From Actinomycetota bacterium (GTDB lineage: Bacteria > Actinomycetota > Actinomycetes > Actinomycetales > Microbacteriaceae), in NCBI GenBank assembly GCA_020160915.1, contig JAIUPK010000001.1, positions 153,645-217,644 on the forward strand: a DNA stretch of 64,000 nucleotides, written 5' to 3'. The notes under the pieces are model-generated. The model saw nothing but the letters and a program-made list of their open reading frames with translations, ran no database searches and was not told the origin of the DNA. Of the stretch, positions 37,271-47,211 are shown in pieces. The position numbers were made by a program, and so were the translations under genes. Every line of letters starts with the position of its first letter. Within the stretch, counting starts at the first letter, position 1.

Positions 37271-38236
37271 CTACGACCGAGCGAGCGCATCGCTTGCTCG
37301 GGTGACAGCGTCCACGGAAGCGCCGGCGCTCTCGAGCGCGAGAAGTGCCGCGCCCAGTACCGGTGGTGAGTCGACAATCAGCGTGGTTGCAAGCGGAGCA
37401 AGAACCGCCAGATGCTCACCAACACCCGCGAGCAGGCGAGGGTCGCGACCCTGAATCACTCCGCCGCCGAGAATGACGGGGAGCTCACGATCCAGCAACT
37501 CCAGCCTGCGCAGGCATGTGGCTGCCATGACGGCGATCTCCTCGGCCTCGCGATCAACAAGTGAGCCGGCGATCGCGTCGCCCGCACGCGCAATCTCGAA
37601 GACCACAGGACTGAGAGTTCCCAGGCGGCTGAGGTCCAGGTCACCCACGTGCAGGGCTTCACTTATCGCTGCGATCGACGGATAGCCGAGAGTGCGCGCC
37701 ACGGCAGCGGTGAGACTGGTCGCAGGTCCCCGGCCATCCTCATCCCGAGCCGCGTGCCAGAGCGCCAGCTCTCCGATACCGCTGGCGCCACCCCAATCAC
37801 CGGAGATCGAGCCCAGTGCGAGAAACCGAGCGGTTGCTCCATCAGCCCGAACACCGATCGCATTGATACCAGTGCCGCAGACCACTGCCACAGCATCGGG
37901 CGATTCCGTGCCCGAGCGAACGAGCGCGAACAGGTCATTCGCCACGGTGACGGCGCCTGAGCCCCACGACAACCCCGCAATGGCGTCGCGGTAGGCATCG
38001 ACCTCACGGGGCAGGTCGAGGCCAGAGAGATAGACCCCGGTGTGGATGGGCGGTCGATCGCGGACAAGCGAACCGATGATGGAGTCTACGAGTGTGACCG
38101 AGCTCGCCAGTCCGATGAGATGCGGGCTCGATCCCGGTCCCCGAAATCGGCCAAGAACGATGCCGTCGAGTGTGACCGCGACGGCGTCGGTCTTCGATCC
38201 GCCGCCATCGACAGCGACGATGTAGTCGCCGCTCAT
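37271..38236 (-). CDS. BadF/BadG/BcrA/BcrD-family sugar kinase (GlcNAc-kinase-like)
   Basis: VDGGGSKT, VANDL, VVCGTG.N, GDWGGASG, LGGGV. Confidence 0.87.
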   Translation of the reverse strand: MSGDYIVAVDGGGSKTDAVAVTLDGIVLGRFRGPGSSPHLIGLASSVTLVDSIIGSLVRDRPPIHTGVYLSGLDLPREVDAYRDAIAGLSWGSGAVTVANDLFALVRSGTESPDAVAVVCGTGINAIGVRADGATARFLALGSISGDWGGASGIGELALWHAARDEDGRGPATSLTAAVARTLGYPSIAAISEALHVGDLDLSRLGTLSPVVFEIARAGDAIAGSLVDREAEEIAVMAATCLRRLELLDRELPVILGGGVIQGRDPRLLAGVGEHLAVLAPLATTLIVDSPPVLGAALLALESAGASVDAVTRASDALARS

Positions 38237-39504
38237 TGCGCCCAAGCCAAGTGCTCCCGGTTGGTTCCAATAAGGAGATCGGCGAGGCGCTCAGCTTTGT
38301 CGTGTTGGCCAACCAGCGGATGCGCCAACAGGGCTCTCACCACCCGGTCTCTGCCCCCGTGAACCGCCGCGTCAAGGGCAAGACGCTCATATCCGGCCAC
38401 GTGGGCGATGAGTCCAGCGAAGTCGGGAGCGATCGGCGCGACAGCAATCGGAAGGATGCCCGCACTGCCCACCGTTGCGGGCACCTCGATGACGTGGTCG
38501 TCCGGCAGAAAGCTCATGGTCCCATTGTTTGCCACGTTGACCACACGCACGTCGCCCCGATCTGCGCGCAAGGAGGCGATCAGTTCGACCGCCGCCTCCG
38601 AATAGAACGCACCACCGCGCTGTGCCAAGGCCGCGGGCTTCTCATGCTGGGTCGGGTCAGCGTAGATCGCAAGAAGTTCCCGTTCGACGGCCGATACTGC
38701 CTCGGCCCGCGATGGTGCGGCCAGTTGCTCGTGCAGCACTTCATCGTGCGCGTAGAAGTATCGCAGGTAGTACGACGGCACCACCTGGAGTAGTTCGATG
38801 AGCGACGCCGGCAGCTCCACCTCGTCGGCCAGGTCACTTACTCGTGCGGCGATGAGCTCGGGCAACGCGTCATAACGAGCACCGTCGCGCTCGAGCCATA
38901 CCGAACGCTCCCAGGTGAGATGGTTGAGGCCGACGTGATCGAGCGACACCTGCCCGGGTTGCACGCCGAGCAAGGCAGCGAAGCGTCGCTGAAAGCCGAT
39001 CGCGACGTTGCACAGCCCGACTGCGCGATGCCCTTGCTGCAGTAGGGCGCGGGTGACGATGCCCACCGGGTTCGTGAAGTCGATGATCCACGCGTCAGGT
39101 CGGGCGTAACGGCGAACAATGTCGGCGACCTCGAGTACGACGGGAACGGTGCGTAGCGCCTTCGCGAGGCCGCCTGCGCCTGTGGTCTCTTGGCCGATCG
39201 ATGCCGCCCCATGGGGAAATGTCTCGTCACCGTGCCGCGCCGCCTGCCCCCCAACGCGCAATTGCAGGAGTACGACATCTGCATCCGCGACCCCGGCAAC
39301 GAGCTCCGTGGTGGGCACGATTCGACCCGGGTGCCCAGCCGCCGCGAACATGCGCTGGGACATGCCACCGACCAACTCGAGACGGCGTGGATCGGTATCA
39401 ACGAGCCAGACCTCCTCGATAGGCAACAGGTCGCGCAGCCGCGCGAAGCCGTCGATGAGTTCGGGCGTGTAGGTGGAACCTCCGCCGACGATGGTGAGTT
39501 TCAT
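38233..39504 (-). CDS. 6-phospho-beta-glucosidase (GH4)
   Basis: MKLTIVGGGSTYTPEL, LRVGG, GQETTGAGG, DFTNPVG, GLCN, GLNHL. Start placed at ATG 39504. Confidence 0.92.
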   Translation of the reverse strand: MKLTIVGGGSTYTPELIDGFARLRDLLPIEEVWLVDTDPRRLELVGGMSQRMFAAAGHPGRIVPTTELVAGVADADVVLLQLRVGGQAARHGDETFPHGAASIGQETTGAGGLAKALRTVPVVLEVADIVRRYARPDAWIIDFTNPVGIVTRALLQQGHRAVGLCNVAIGFQRRFAALLGVQPGQVSLDHVGLNHLTWERSVWLERDGARYDALPELIAARVSDLADEVELPASLIELLQVVPSYYLRYFYAHDEVLHEQLAAPSRAEAVSAVERELLAIYADPTQHEKPAALAQRGGAFYSEAAVELIASLRADRGDVRVVNVANNGTMSFLPDDHVIEVPATVGSAGILPIAVAPIAPDFAGLIAHVAGYERLALDAAVHGGRDRVVRALLAHPLVGQHDKAERLADLLIGTNREHLAWAQ

Positions 39505-39506
39505 TG

Positions 39507-40361
39507 CTAGCCCTTGACTCCGGTCAGTGTGATGCCCTCGACGAATACGCGTTGGGCGAAGAAGAAGATAACGACAACCGGAATCATGACAAGCACGGTG
39601 ATGGCCATCGTGATGCTCCAGTCGGTGCCGTGTGCACCACGGAAAGTCGCGAGCCCGTAGGCGACGGGCCATGCAACCTCGTTCTCCGATGCGTACAGCA
39701 GGGGTCCGTAGTAGTCATTCCAGGAGTTGAAGAACATGAATATGGCCGCCGCCGCGATACCAGGACGTGCCATGGGCGCGATCACGCGCAGCAACACGCC
39801 CCACTCGGTACACCCATCGATGCGGGCAGCATCTGCGTACTCGCGCGGTATCGTCAAGAAGAACTGGCGCAGGAGAAAGATCGAGAAGGCGTCACCCAAC
39901 AAGTTGGGCAGGATCAGCGGCCACAGGGTTCCTGTCAGATGCAGCTGCGACCACATCACGTAAACGGGGATCGCCGTCACCTGCGGCGGCAGGAGCATCG
40001 CGACGATGATCGCCACGAAGATCACATTTGCCCCGCGAAACTTCACGCGGGCAAGAACGTATGCCGCGGGCACCGACGAGACCAGCATGAACAGTGTCGC
40101 CAACGTCGCGTAGAAGGCTGAGTTGCCGAACCAGCGCGCGAGCGGCACATCCCGAAAGACCGTGACGTAGTTCGACCACTCCCAGGTTCTCGGAATGATC
40201 GAGGCCGTGAGTGCCTGCTCGTTGGACATCAATGATGTCAACACCACCAGCGCGACCGGCCCCAAGAAGAGCACGGCCAGTGTGACGAGCACGATGTGTT
40301 GGGCGATCCACGACAGGGCCCCACGACCGCGTGCACGCCGGAGGGCTATTGGCGCAGTCAC
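39507..40361 (-). CDS. Carbohydrate ABC permease
   Basis: LLRQFFLTIP.EY.DAARIDG (EAA motif); GTGA overlap with the upstream permease. Confidence 0.92.
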   Translation of the reverse strand: MTAPIALRRARGRGALSWIAQHIVLVTLAVLFLGPVALVVLTSLMSNEQALTASIIPRTWEWSNYVTVFRDVPLARWFGNSAFYATLATLFMLVSSVPAAYVLARVKFRGANVIFVAIIVAMLLPPQVTAIPVYVMWSQLHLTGTLWPLILPNLLGDAFSIFLLRQFFLTIPREYADAARIDGCTEWGVLLRVIAPMARPGIAAAAIFMFFNSWNDYYGPLLYASENEVAWPVAYGLATFRGAHGTDWSITMAITVLVMIPVVVIFFFAQRVFVEGITLTGVKG

Positions 40362-41308
40362 GATGCCTCCTCGGGAGTGAATGCCTTCACTCGGCGCATG
40401 AGCACAACAAGGAACAGGGCTGCGACTACGAACAACAGAACCGCGAGTGCGGAGGCGTACCCGAGCTGATAATTGCCGAATCCGCGCACATAGAGCCACT
40501 GCGTGTAGGTGAGCAAAGAGTTGTCCGGGTAGCCGAGAATTGCACTGGCACCCTCCCCCACCCCTGCTTTTCCGGATGCGACGGTCGATGCGACGGCTGC
40601 CTCCGTGAAGTACTGCAGCGCCGCGATCACACCCGTGACGACCGCGAAGACCAGCACGGGTGAGATGGCGGGCAGAGTCACATACCAACCCTTCTGCCAG
40701 CTGCGCGCACCGTCGAGTGATGCCGCCTCGTATTGCTCCTGGGGCACATCCAGCAACCCAGCTAGGAAGATGATCATGATGTCACCCATCACCCAAATGC
40801 CGAGCAGCACCAGCGACGGCTTCGACCACGCGGGATCGTTGAACCACAGCGGGCCCTGAATACCGAACGTCTTGAGAATCAGGTTGACCGGGCCGGTACC
40901 GGGGTTGAAGAGAAAGACGAACGCAACCACCCCCGCCACCGACGGCACGAGTGCTGGAAGGTAGAAGACCGTGCGCCAGAATCCGGATGCCGCCCGCACT
41001 CTCACGAGCAGAAAAGCAACTCCCAGCGCCGTCAGAATTCGCACGGGCACGAGTACCACGACGAACCAGAGCGTGTTGCCTGCTGCGATCCACACTTTCG
41101 GATCCTTCGTAAACAGGTACTCGTAGTTGCGCAGCCCGATGAACTCGGGAGGCGACACCAAGTCGAATCTCGTGAAGGAGTAGAAGATCGACGCGACAAG
41201 GGGGTACACGAAGAAGATCACGAGGCCGGCGATCGCCGGCCCCAACATTGCGAGGATGAACCACTGGGGGCGACGCGAGCGCCGCCCCCGGTTCTCGAGA
41301 ACTGTCAC
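40358..41308 (-). CDS. Carbohydrate ABC permease
   Basis: GLRNY, IFLAGLLDVP...YEAASLDGA. Confidence 0.92.
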   Translation of the reverse strand: MTVLENRGRRSRRPQWFILAMLGPAIAGLVIFFVYPLVASIFYSFTRFDLVSPPEFIGLRNYEYLFTKDPKVWIAAGNTLWFVVVLVPVRILTALGVAFLLVRVRAASGFWRTVFYLPALVPSVAGVVAFVFLFNPGTGPVNLILKTFGIQGPLWFNDPAWSKPSLVLLGIWVMGDIMIIFLAGLLDVPQEQYEAASLDGARSWQKGWYVTLPAISPVLVFAVVTGVIAALQYFTEAAVASTVASGKAGVGEGASAILGYPDNSLLTYTQWLYVRGFGNYQLGYASALAVLLFVVAALFLVVLMRRVKAFTPEEAS

Positions 41309-42645
41309 TACGGGCCGGTCGTCAGTTCGATCGCGTCGTTGATCTCCTTGTCGACCTGCTTCAGGCCGGCGGCGAGGTCAGCGACCTGACCGGACTGATA
41401 CTTGTGCCAGAAGTCTTCGAACGACTGCTGGTAGCCAGCGCCCACCGGACTCGGAGGGGTGGTACCGGAATGTGCGTCCTTCGCGATGGACAGGAAGGTC
41501 GCGAACTGTTGGGTGACCTCAAGGTCGGGCGATGCCAGGGCGTCGGCGGTGGTCGGAACGTTCTTGAGGCCGTTGGAGAGCTTCACGATCGCTCCGGTGT
41601 CTGTGGTGAGGTACTTGAGCAGCGCCCAGGCCAGCTCCGGATTCTTCGATCCTTTGGAGATTCCCGCGATGTTCCCGGTGATGTACCCGCCGCCATACAG
41701 ATCCGGCTGGCTATCGACAACGGGCATCGGCGCGGTCGCGTACGGCAGGTCGGGCGTCTGGTCATCGATGAATGCCGTGCGATACTCGCCGTCGAGGTTC
41801 ATGGCAACCTGTCCGGTTTGGAAGGCGTTATCGGCCGAGAACTCCTGGCCAAGTCCCGCCGTGAAGGTGTTGAGCTTGTCATAGCCGATCTCGTCAACGA
41901 ACCCCTTCTGCCACTGCATGAGTTCAACCCAAGCCGGGTCGCCGCCGATGGCCGAGGTACCGTCTGCGGTAAGCCAGGATGCGGCGGCCAAGGGGCCGTA
42001 GTGGGATGCCGCGTTCTCGTAGAATCCCATGAGTGGGTTGAAGCCGAGGGTCTTGATCGAACCATCGGCGTTGTACGTGGTCAGCGCGAGAGCCATCTCC
42101 TCGAGCTCGGTGAGGGTCTTCGGCGGCTCGGTGTAGCCGGCCGACGCGAGCAGGTCGGTGTTGTAGTAGAGACCGTAGACATCGGCGAGCACGGGCATGC
42201 TGCACCGCACCCCGTTGAACTCCGTGTAGCTGCGCACGGTGTCGCTGAACTGGCCGAGATCGACCTTGTCACGGTCGATGTAGGGGCCGAGATCACGAAA
42301 TGCTCCGCTGTCACAGAAGTTGCCGACGATGTCGGTCGAGTACGAGAGACCGAGGTCGACGTCACTGCCGGCCGCAATCGCCTTGCGCAGCTTCTCGTCA
42401 TCCTGACCCGAATGCACCTCTACAGTGACCTTCGGATTCGCCGCCTCGAAGTCGTCAACCACGGACTGGATGACGTCGGCTTCGCGGTCGCTGAAGAAAT
42501 GCCAGAAGGAGACCGTTCCCTCCAGTTCGGAAGGAGCAGTGGGATCGATCGTCGTGCCTGCGTCACTCGCGGCGCAGCCCGTGAGCAGTAGAGCGCTGGC
42601 TGCGATCGCCGCAACTAGGTGACGTGGTGTGCTGTGATGTTTCAC
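41308..42645 (-). CDS. Carbohydrate ABC substrate-binding lipoprotein
   Basis: Lipobox LTGC, VSFWHF, GLYYNTDL. Confidence 0.92.
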   Translation of the reverse strand: MKHHSTPRHLVAAIAASALLLTGCAASDAGTTIDPTAPSELEGTVSFWHFFSDREADVIQSVVDDFEAANPKVTVEVHSGQDDEKLRKAIAAGSDVDLGLSYSTDIVGNFCDSGAFRDLGPYIDRDKVDLGQFSDTVRSYTEFNGVRCSMPVLADVYGLYYNTDLLASAGYTEPPKTLTELEEMALALTTYNADGSIKTLGFNPLMGFYENAASHYGPLAAASWLTADGTSAIGGDPAWVELMQWQKGFVDEIGYDKLNTFTAGLGQEFSADNAFQTGQVAMNLDGEYRTAFIDDQTPDLPYATAPMPVVDSQPDLYGGGYITGNIAGISKGSKNPELAWALLKYLTTDTGAIVKLSNGLKNVPTTADALASPDLEVTQQFATFLSIAKDAHSGTTPPSPVGAGYQQSFEDFWHKYQSGQVADLAAGLKQVDKEINDAIELTTGP

Positions 42646-42683
42646 TGGTATTCCTCACTGTCGGTGGTGCAATGGGCGGGCGA

Positions 42684-43808
42684 CTAGGCAACGATGAGTG
42701 CGACATCCTCAAACAGACGACGACGCACACGGGTGAGGAGCACCTCGCGCGCGCCACGAAGAACGGGATTCTCGGCGACGGCAGTTGATCTGACGTCCGG
42801 GTTCCACTGGGTGGTTTCCGCCAGCTGAACAGAGACGAGCTGCGCCAGCCGTGCACCACCCTCGAGGCCAATCGGCCCGCCGAGAATGATGCGCTCCGGG
42901 TCGAGTATCGCGAGAACGGGAATCAATCCGAGTGCTACGCGCGTCGCGAGGGCGGCCAGCGCCTCTTCACCTAGCGCGCTCTGCAGGGATCGCCACGCCC
43001 CCGCTCCGAACAGCCCCGTGAGGTCGTCGGCCGCGGGGTCGAGTCGTGCCGCTTCGGTCGGCACCGTCAGATAGCCGATCTCACCCGCGCCGCCTGACGC
43101 ACCTCGGTAGACCTGTCCGCCCACATCGATCGCCAGGCCCAGGCCCTCGCCGAGCCAGAGCAGGGCGAAGCCATCGACTCCCTCGGCACTTCCGGCCGCA
43201 CGTTCCGACACCGCTGCGAGATTGGCGTCGTTGTCGAGAGTTATCGCCACGCCAGTCTCGGCTTCGAGGTGCCTTCGGATTCCCGCGGTCGGCCAGCCGG
43301 GCAAGGTGTCGGTGAACGAGAGCTCATCAGTACGGTGAGCCACCGCAGCCTGCACGCCGATGCAGGCGAACGACACCGCTGCGAGTTGCACTCCCGCCGC
43401 CGCACAGGCCGCCTCGATCGCGTGCGTCACATCAGATGCGGCGGTGCGCTTCTCACCAGAGACGAGGTGGCGCACGGCAACGGGTCGATCCTCGCCCGTC
43501 GCGTCGACCACAGTGGATTCAATCGTCGTCGACGTGATGTCGATGGCGACTCCGACGAACCGATCAGAGCGCACTGCGTAGCTCACGGCGTTGGGCCCGC
43601 GGCCACCCGAGACCTCTCCCGCCGCACGGATCAAACCGGCTTCCTCAAGCCGAGCCACCATTTGAGCGGCAGTGGGTTTAGACAACCCAGACAACTCCCC
43701 CAATCGGTTTCGCGTGAGCGGCCCGTGCTCGAGCAGGAGCGTCATTGCGGTCTGGTTGTTGGTAGCGCGCAGCCATGCCGGTGTTCCGCGAACGGTGCCA
43801 GTCGCCAT
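42684..43808 (-). CDS. ROK family transcriptional regulator
   Basis: HTH (LTRNRLGELSGLSKPTA), GGRGPNA, DNDANLAA, GEIGY. Confidence 0.9.
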   Translation of the reverse strand: MATGTVRGTPAWLRATNNQTAMTLLLEHGPLTRNRLGELSGLSKPTAAQMVARLEEAGLIRAAGEVSGGRGPNAVSYAVRSDRFVGVAIDITSTTIESTVVDATGEDRPVAVRHLVSGEKRTAASDVTHAIEAACAAAGVQLAAVSFACIGVQAAVAHRTDELSFTDTLPGWPTAGIRRHLEAETGVAITLDNDANLAAVSERAAGSAEGVDGFALLWLGEGLGLAIDVGGQVYRGASGGAGEIGYLTVPTEAARLDPAADDLTGLFGAGAWRSLQSALGEEALAALATRVALGLIPVLAILDPERIILGGPIGLEGGARLAQLVSVQLAETTQWNPDVRSTAVAENPVLRGAREVLLTRVRRRLFEDVALIVA

Positions 43809-43859
43809 GTTCGGCCTCCGAGGTAAGGGTCTGCGTCGCCGCTGCGGCGTTGATGAAAG

Positions 43860-43886
43860 CTATCAGGAAAGTTTCTTTATTGATAG
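43860..43886. promoter_or_regulatory. AT-rich imperfect palindrome, candidate ROK operator
   Basis: CTATCAGGAAAGTTTCTTTATTGATAG, upstream of the ROK gene. Confidence 0.6.
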
Positions 43887-43918
43887 AGGGAAATGACGAC
43901 GACGATAAGGTTGTGCCG

Positions 43919-45001
43919 ATGACCGACAGCACGCCCTCTCCCGCGGTGGCCGCGCCCACCGCACCCAAGCCGCGCGTTCCCTTCTGGGACAACGCGCGCT
44001 TCGTCTGCGTCATGCTCGTCGTGATCGGCCACGGCATCCAACGCCTCACCGCCGACTCAGACCCCGCCCTGTCGCTCTACCTGTTCATCTTCGCGTTCCA
44101 CATGCCCGCATTCGCGATCATCTCCGGATACTTCTCGAAGTCCGATCCGCCGAACCGCGTGCAGATGACGAAGGTCATCACCGACATCCTGTTGCCGTAT
44201 CTGATCATGGAGGGGATCTGGTCGGTCGTGAAGTTCGTGCTCTACGGCTCCGTCGACTTCAACCCCACAACGGCGAGCTGGACCCTCTGGTTCCTGCTGG
44301 CGCTGGCGATCTTCCGGCTCGTGCTGCCCTACCTCGCCCTGCTGCGCTGGCCGCTGGCGTGGGCCGTGCTGTTCTCGGTGGCGGTCGGGTACTGGGCCAA
44401 CGTCGACAGCACCTTCTCTCTGGCGCGCGCGTTCGGCATCCTGCCATTCTTCGTGCTCGGCTGGAAGCTCAAGCAGTGGGGCGTGATGGACCGCTGGCTG
44501 GCCATGGACCGCGGAAGCACCTGGGTCCGCGTTGCCGCCGCCGCAGTACTGGGGGGATGGCTCGTCGTCGCCTTCGTCTTCGTCGACCAGTTCAGGGCCA
44601 TCAACCTCACCCACTGGTTCTTCTACGACTCCTCGTACGCCGACCTCGATGCCGCGCAGTGGTGGGGCGGATTCGCGCGGCTCGGCTTCCTCGTGATGGC
44701 CACGGTGCTGAGTGCCGCGCTCTTCGCCCTCATGCCCCGGGGCGAGACCTGGATCACCGACTTCGGCCAGGCGACGATGTACGTCTACCTGCTGCACACG
44801 TTCGTGCTCTACCCCGTGCGCGAGTCGGGCATCCTCGGCGGCGAGAACAGCTCGCTGGTCTGGCTGATCGGCATGGTGCTCGCGAGCATCGCACTGTCGG
44901 TGCTGCTGTCGACGAAGCTCGTGCGCCGCATCTTCCGCCCGATCATCGAGCCGAAGCCGCGCTGGTTGTTCGTTCAGGCGGACGGCCGACCGACCGCCTG
45001 A
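43919..45001 (+). CDS. Acyltransferase 3 family (membrane O-acyltransferase)
   Basis: WDNARF...VVIGH, FHMPAF..ISGYF, WTLWFL, TMYVYLLH. Confidence 0.9.
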   Translation: MTDSTPSPAVAAPTAPKPRVPFWDNARFVCVMLVVIGHGIQRLTADSDPALSLYLFIFAFHMPAFAIISGYFSKSDPPNRVQMTKVITDILLPYLIMEGIWSVVKFVLYGSVDFNPTTASWTLWFLLALAIFRLVLPYLALLRWPLAWAVLFSVAVGYWANVDSTFSLARAFGILPFFVLGWKLKQWGVMDRWLAMDRGSTWVRVAAAAVLGGWLVVAFVFVDQFRAINLTHWFFYDSSYADLDAAQWWGGFARLGFLVMATVLSAALFALMPRGETWITDFGQATMYVYLLHTFVLYPVRESGILGGENSSLVWLIGMVLASIALSVLLSTKLVRRIFRPIIEPKPRWLFVQADGRPTA

Positions 45002-45042
45002 ACGACGGGCTCGCCGCACACCATGCTCGCTGCAGAACGAGC

Positions 45043-46494
45043 TCAGTGCAGCTGCACCCGCTTGGGCAGGGTGAAGACCAGCAGGAACGCGACCAGCGCG
45101 AGCGCAGCACTCACGGCGAGCGCCGGGGTCGCGGCCTGACCGAACGCCGCAGGCAGGTCACCGGGACCGGCGATCGGTCCGATGTTGCCGAAGAACACGC
45201 TGCCGATGACCGCGATGCCGGCAGCCGCGCCCACGCGCTGCATGGTGCCGATCACGCCGCTCGCGGCGCCCGCCTCAGACCGGTCGACTGTCGCCACGAT
45301 GAAGCGCACGTTGGGGGCGATGAACAGGCCGCTGCCGAGTCCTGCGACCAGCAGAGGTCCGAGCAGCGTCCAGTTGGTCAGATCGGCGGTGGGAACCAGC
45401 AGCAGGATCAGGAACAGCGCGGTGAGGCCGATCGTGAGCAGCGCAACGCCGATGGCGAGCACCGCCCGGCCGAGTCGTGCCGCGAGCCTGTCACTCTGGC
45501 TCGCGCCGATGATGTTGCCGATCGCGAAGGGCACGCTCACGAGACCCGACTCCAGTGCGGTGTGACCGAGCCCCGCCTGCCAGAGCAACGAGATCGTGAA
45601 GAAGATGCTCGTGAAAGCGGCGAAGAACACCAGTGCGAGGATCGTGCCAGCGGCGAACTGCGCGTGGGCGAACAGACGCGGCGGCACCAGCGGATCCTTG
45701 CGCCGGGATGCCACGTTCCGCTCCCAGAGCGCGAACAGCACCACGAGCAGCACACCGCCGCCGATCGACAGGTAGGTCCACAGCGGCCAGCCCTCCTCCT
45801 GGCCCTGAATCAACGGGACCAGAAGCGCGACCAGCGCGCCCGACAGCAGCACGAGGCCGATGACATCGTTGGAGGTCGCCTTGCCCGCGGCTTCGGAGGG
45901 CAGCAGCGCTATCGCGGCGATCAGCACGATGACGCCGATGGGAAGGTTGACCGCGAAGATCCAGCGCCAGCCGGTCTCATCACCGAGGGCCTGGATGATC
46001 AGACCGCCGACCAGCGGACCGAGCGCCGACGAGAGGCCGATGACCGCACCGAGGATGGCGAACGCCTTGCCGCGGGCCATGGGAGGAAAGAGCAGCTGGA
46101 TGAACGCGCTCACCGCGGGGAAGAAGATGCCGCCACCGAGACCCTGCACGACGCGCGCGACGATGAGCTGCAGATCGTTCTGGGCGAGCCCGCACGCGAG
46201 GCTCGCCGCGGTGAACAGGGCGAGGCCGGTGATGAACACCCACTTGTGGCCGTAGCGGTCCCCCAGGCGGCCCGCGGGGATGAGCGCGAGCCCGAAGGCG
46301 AGAGCGTAGCCGGAGATGATCCACGAGAGGGTCGACTCCGAGGCATCCAGACTGGTGCGGATTGTCGGCAACGCGACGTTCACGATCGTGGTGTCGAGCA
46401 GGGACATGAAGGCAGCCCCGAGCACGACGGCGAGAGCCAGCCAGGCTCCGCGGGCGACGGGGGGCGCCGCTGCGGGGGCGGGGGCGGATGACAT
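45043..46494 (-). CDS. DHA2 (EmrB/QacA-like) MFS efflux transporter
   Basis: LLDTTIVNVALP, GRLGDRYGHK, RVVQGLG, WIFAVNLPIG. Start placed at ATG 46494. Confidence 0.92.
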   Translation of the reverse strand: MSSAPAPAAAPPVARGAWLALAVVLGAAFMSLLDTTIVNVALPTIRTSLDASESTLSWIISGYALAFGLALIPAGRLGDRYGHKWVFITGLALFTAASLACGLAQNDLQLIVARVVQGLGGGIFFPAVSAFIQLLFPPMARGKAFAILGAVIGLSSALGPLVGGLIIQALGDETGWRWIFAVNLPIGVIVLIAAIALLPSEAAGKATSNDVIGLVLLSGALVALLVPLIQGQEEGWPLWTYLSIGGGVLLVVLFALWERNVASRRKDPLVPPRLFAHAQFAAGTILALVFFAAFTSIFFTISLLWQAGLGHTALESGLVSVPFAIGNIIGASQSDRLAARLGRAVLAIGVALLTIGLTALFLILLLVPTADLTNWTLLGPLLVAGLGSGLFIAPNVRFIVATVDRSEAGAASGVIGTMQRVGAAAGIAVIGSVFFGNIGPIAGPGDLPAAFGQAATPALAVSAALALVAFLLVFTLPKRVQLH

Positions 46495-46495
46495 G

Positions 46496-47056
46496 TCAGT
46501 CCCTTCTGGACAGTTCGTCGGCAATGATCTCGGGCAGCTGGCCGAGCAGTTCCTCGTGCCAGGCGATGTCGGCAGCAAGCCGATGCGCCTTGTGATTCAT
46601 GACGACCTGCTCGGCAACGGTGAGGTACTGCTTGATCGTCTGGAGGTGGGTCTGGGAGTCGAGCAGCTCGGCCCGCAGCGACGACAGGCGAGTGAGCAGA
46701 ATCGCCTCGACGTCGTCGAGCTTGTTGGGATCCAGTCGGGTCATGGCCAGATCGAACGGGTCGGGTTTGTGCACGATCTGGCGAAGACCACGGTGTCGCA
46801 GTACGCCGAGCGCCTCACGACCCTCGGCTGTGATGCCCCACACCTGACGTTCGGGGAATGATCCCTCCCGCTCGACCCGGCGTTCCTCGATGAGGCCCTC
46901 GGTCGCAAGACGCTTGATCGCCCCGTAGAGAGCTCCCACAGTGATGTCGGTCCACTGGTCGATGTGCTCCTCCTCTGCAAGGAGCCGGAGCTGATGACCG
47001 TGCATCTCCCCCCGGGCGTCCAGTGCGCCCAGGATGAAGATTCGGATGGATGACAC
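46496..47056 (-). CDS. PadR family regulator
   Basis: MHGHQL, GALYGAIKRL, RQVWGITAEGR. Confidence 0.9.
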   Translation of the reverse strand: MSSIRIFILGALDARGEMHGHQLRLLAEEEHIDQWTDITVGALYGAIKRLATEGLIEERRVEREGSFPERQVWGITAEGREALGVLRHRGLRQIVHKPDPFDLAMTRLDPNKLDDVEAILLTRLSSLRAELLDSQTHLQTIKQYLTVAEQVVMNHKAHRLAADIAWHEELLGQLPEIIADELSRRD

Positions 47057-47061
47057 CGGAG

Positions 47062-47077
47062 TACTCTCGCAAGAGTA
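47062..47077. promoter_or_regulatory. Inverted repeat, candidate PadR operator
   Basis: TACTCT-CGCA-AGAGTA immediately upstream of padR. Confidence 0.45.
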
Positions 47078-47211
47078 GTCACGCGTGTCAAGTTACGTCA
47101 TGTTTCGTGGTCGATTGCCGCCCACCCTGCGGCTTCCTATGCTCACTCCTGAGTGGGCGTGAAGTCCCGCCCGTCACCGTTTTCACACTCAGACCAATCA
47201 AGGAGCAGGCC

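Noticed and set aside
39195-39220. Frameshift in GH4 near FPHGAASIGQET
   Set aside because: The segment looks divergent, but spacing to GQET and total length (423 aa) are normal and the frame is open.
37260-43910. Intact mobile element or ICE
   Set aside because: No integrase, transposase, terminal repeats or target duplication found.
47057-47211. SAM-IV riboswitch upstream of metY
   Set aside because: Expected in this context, but I could not find the conserved core sequence or room for the structure; an Rfam scan would settle it.
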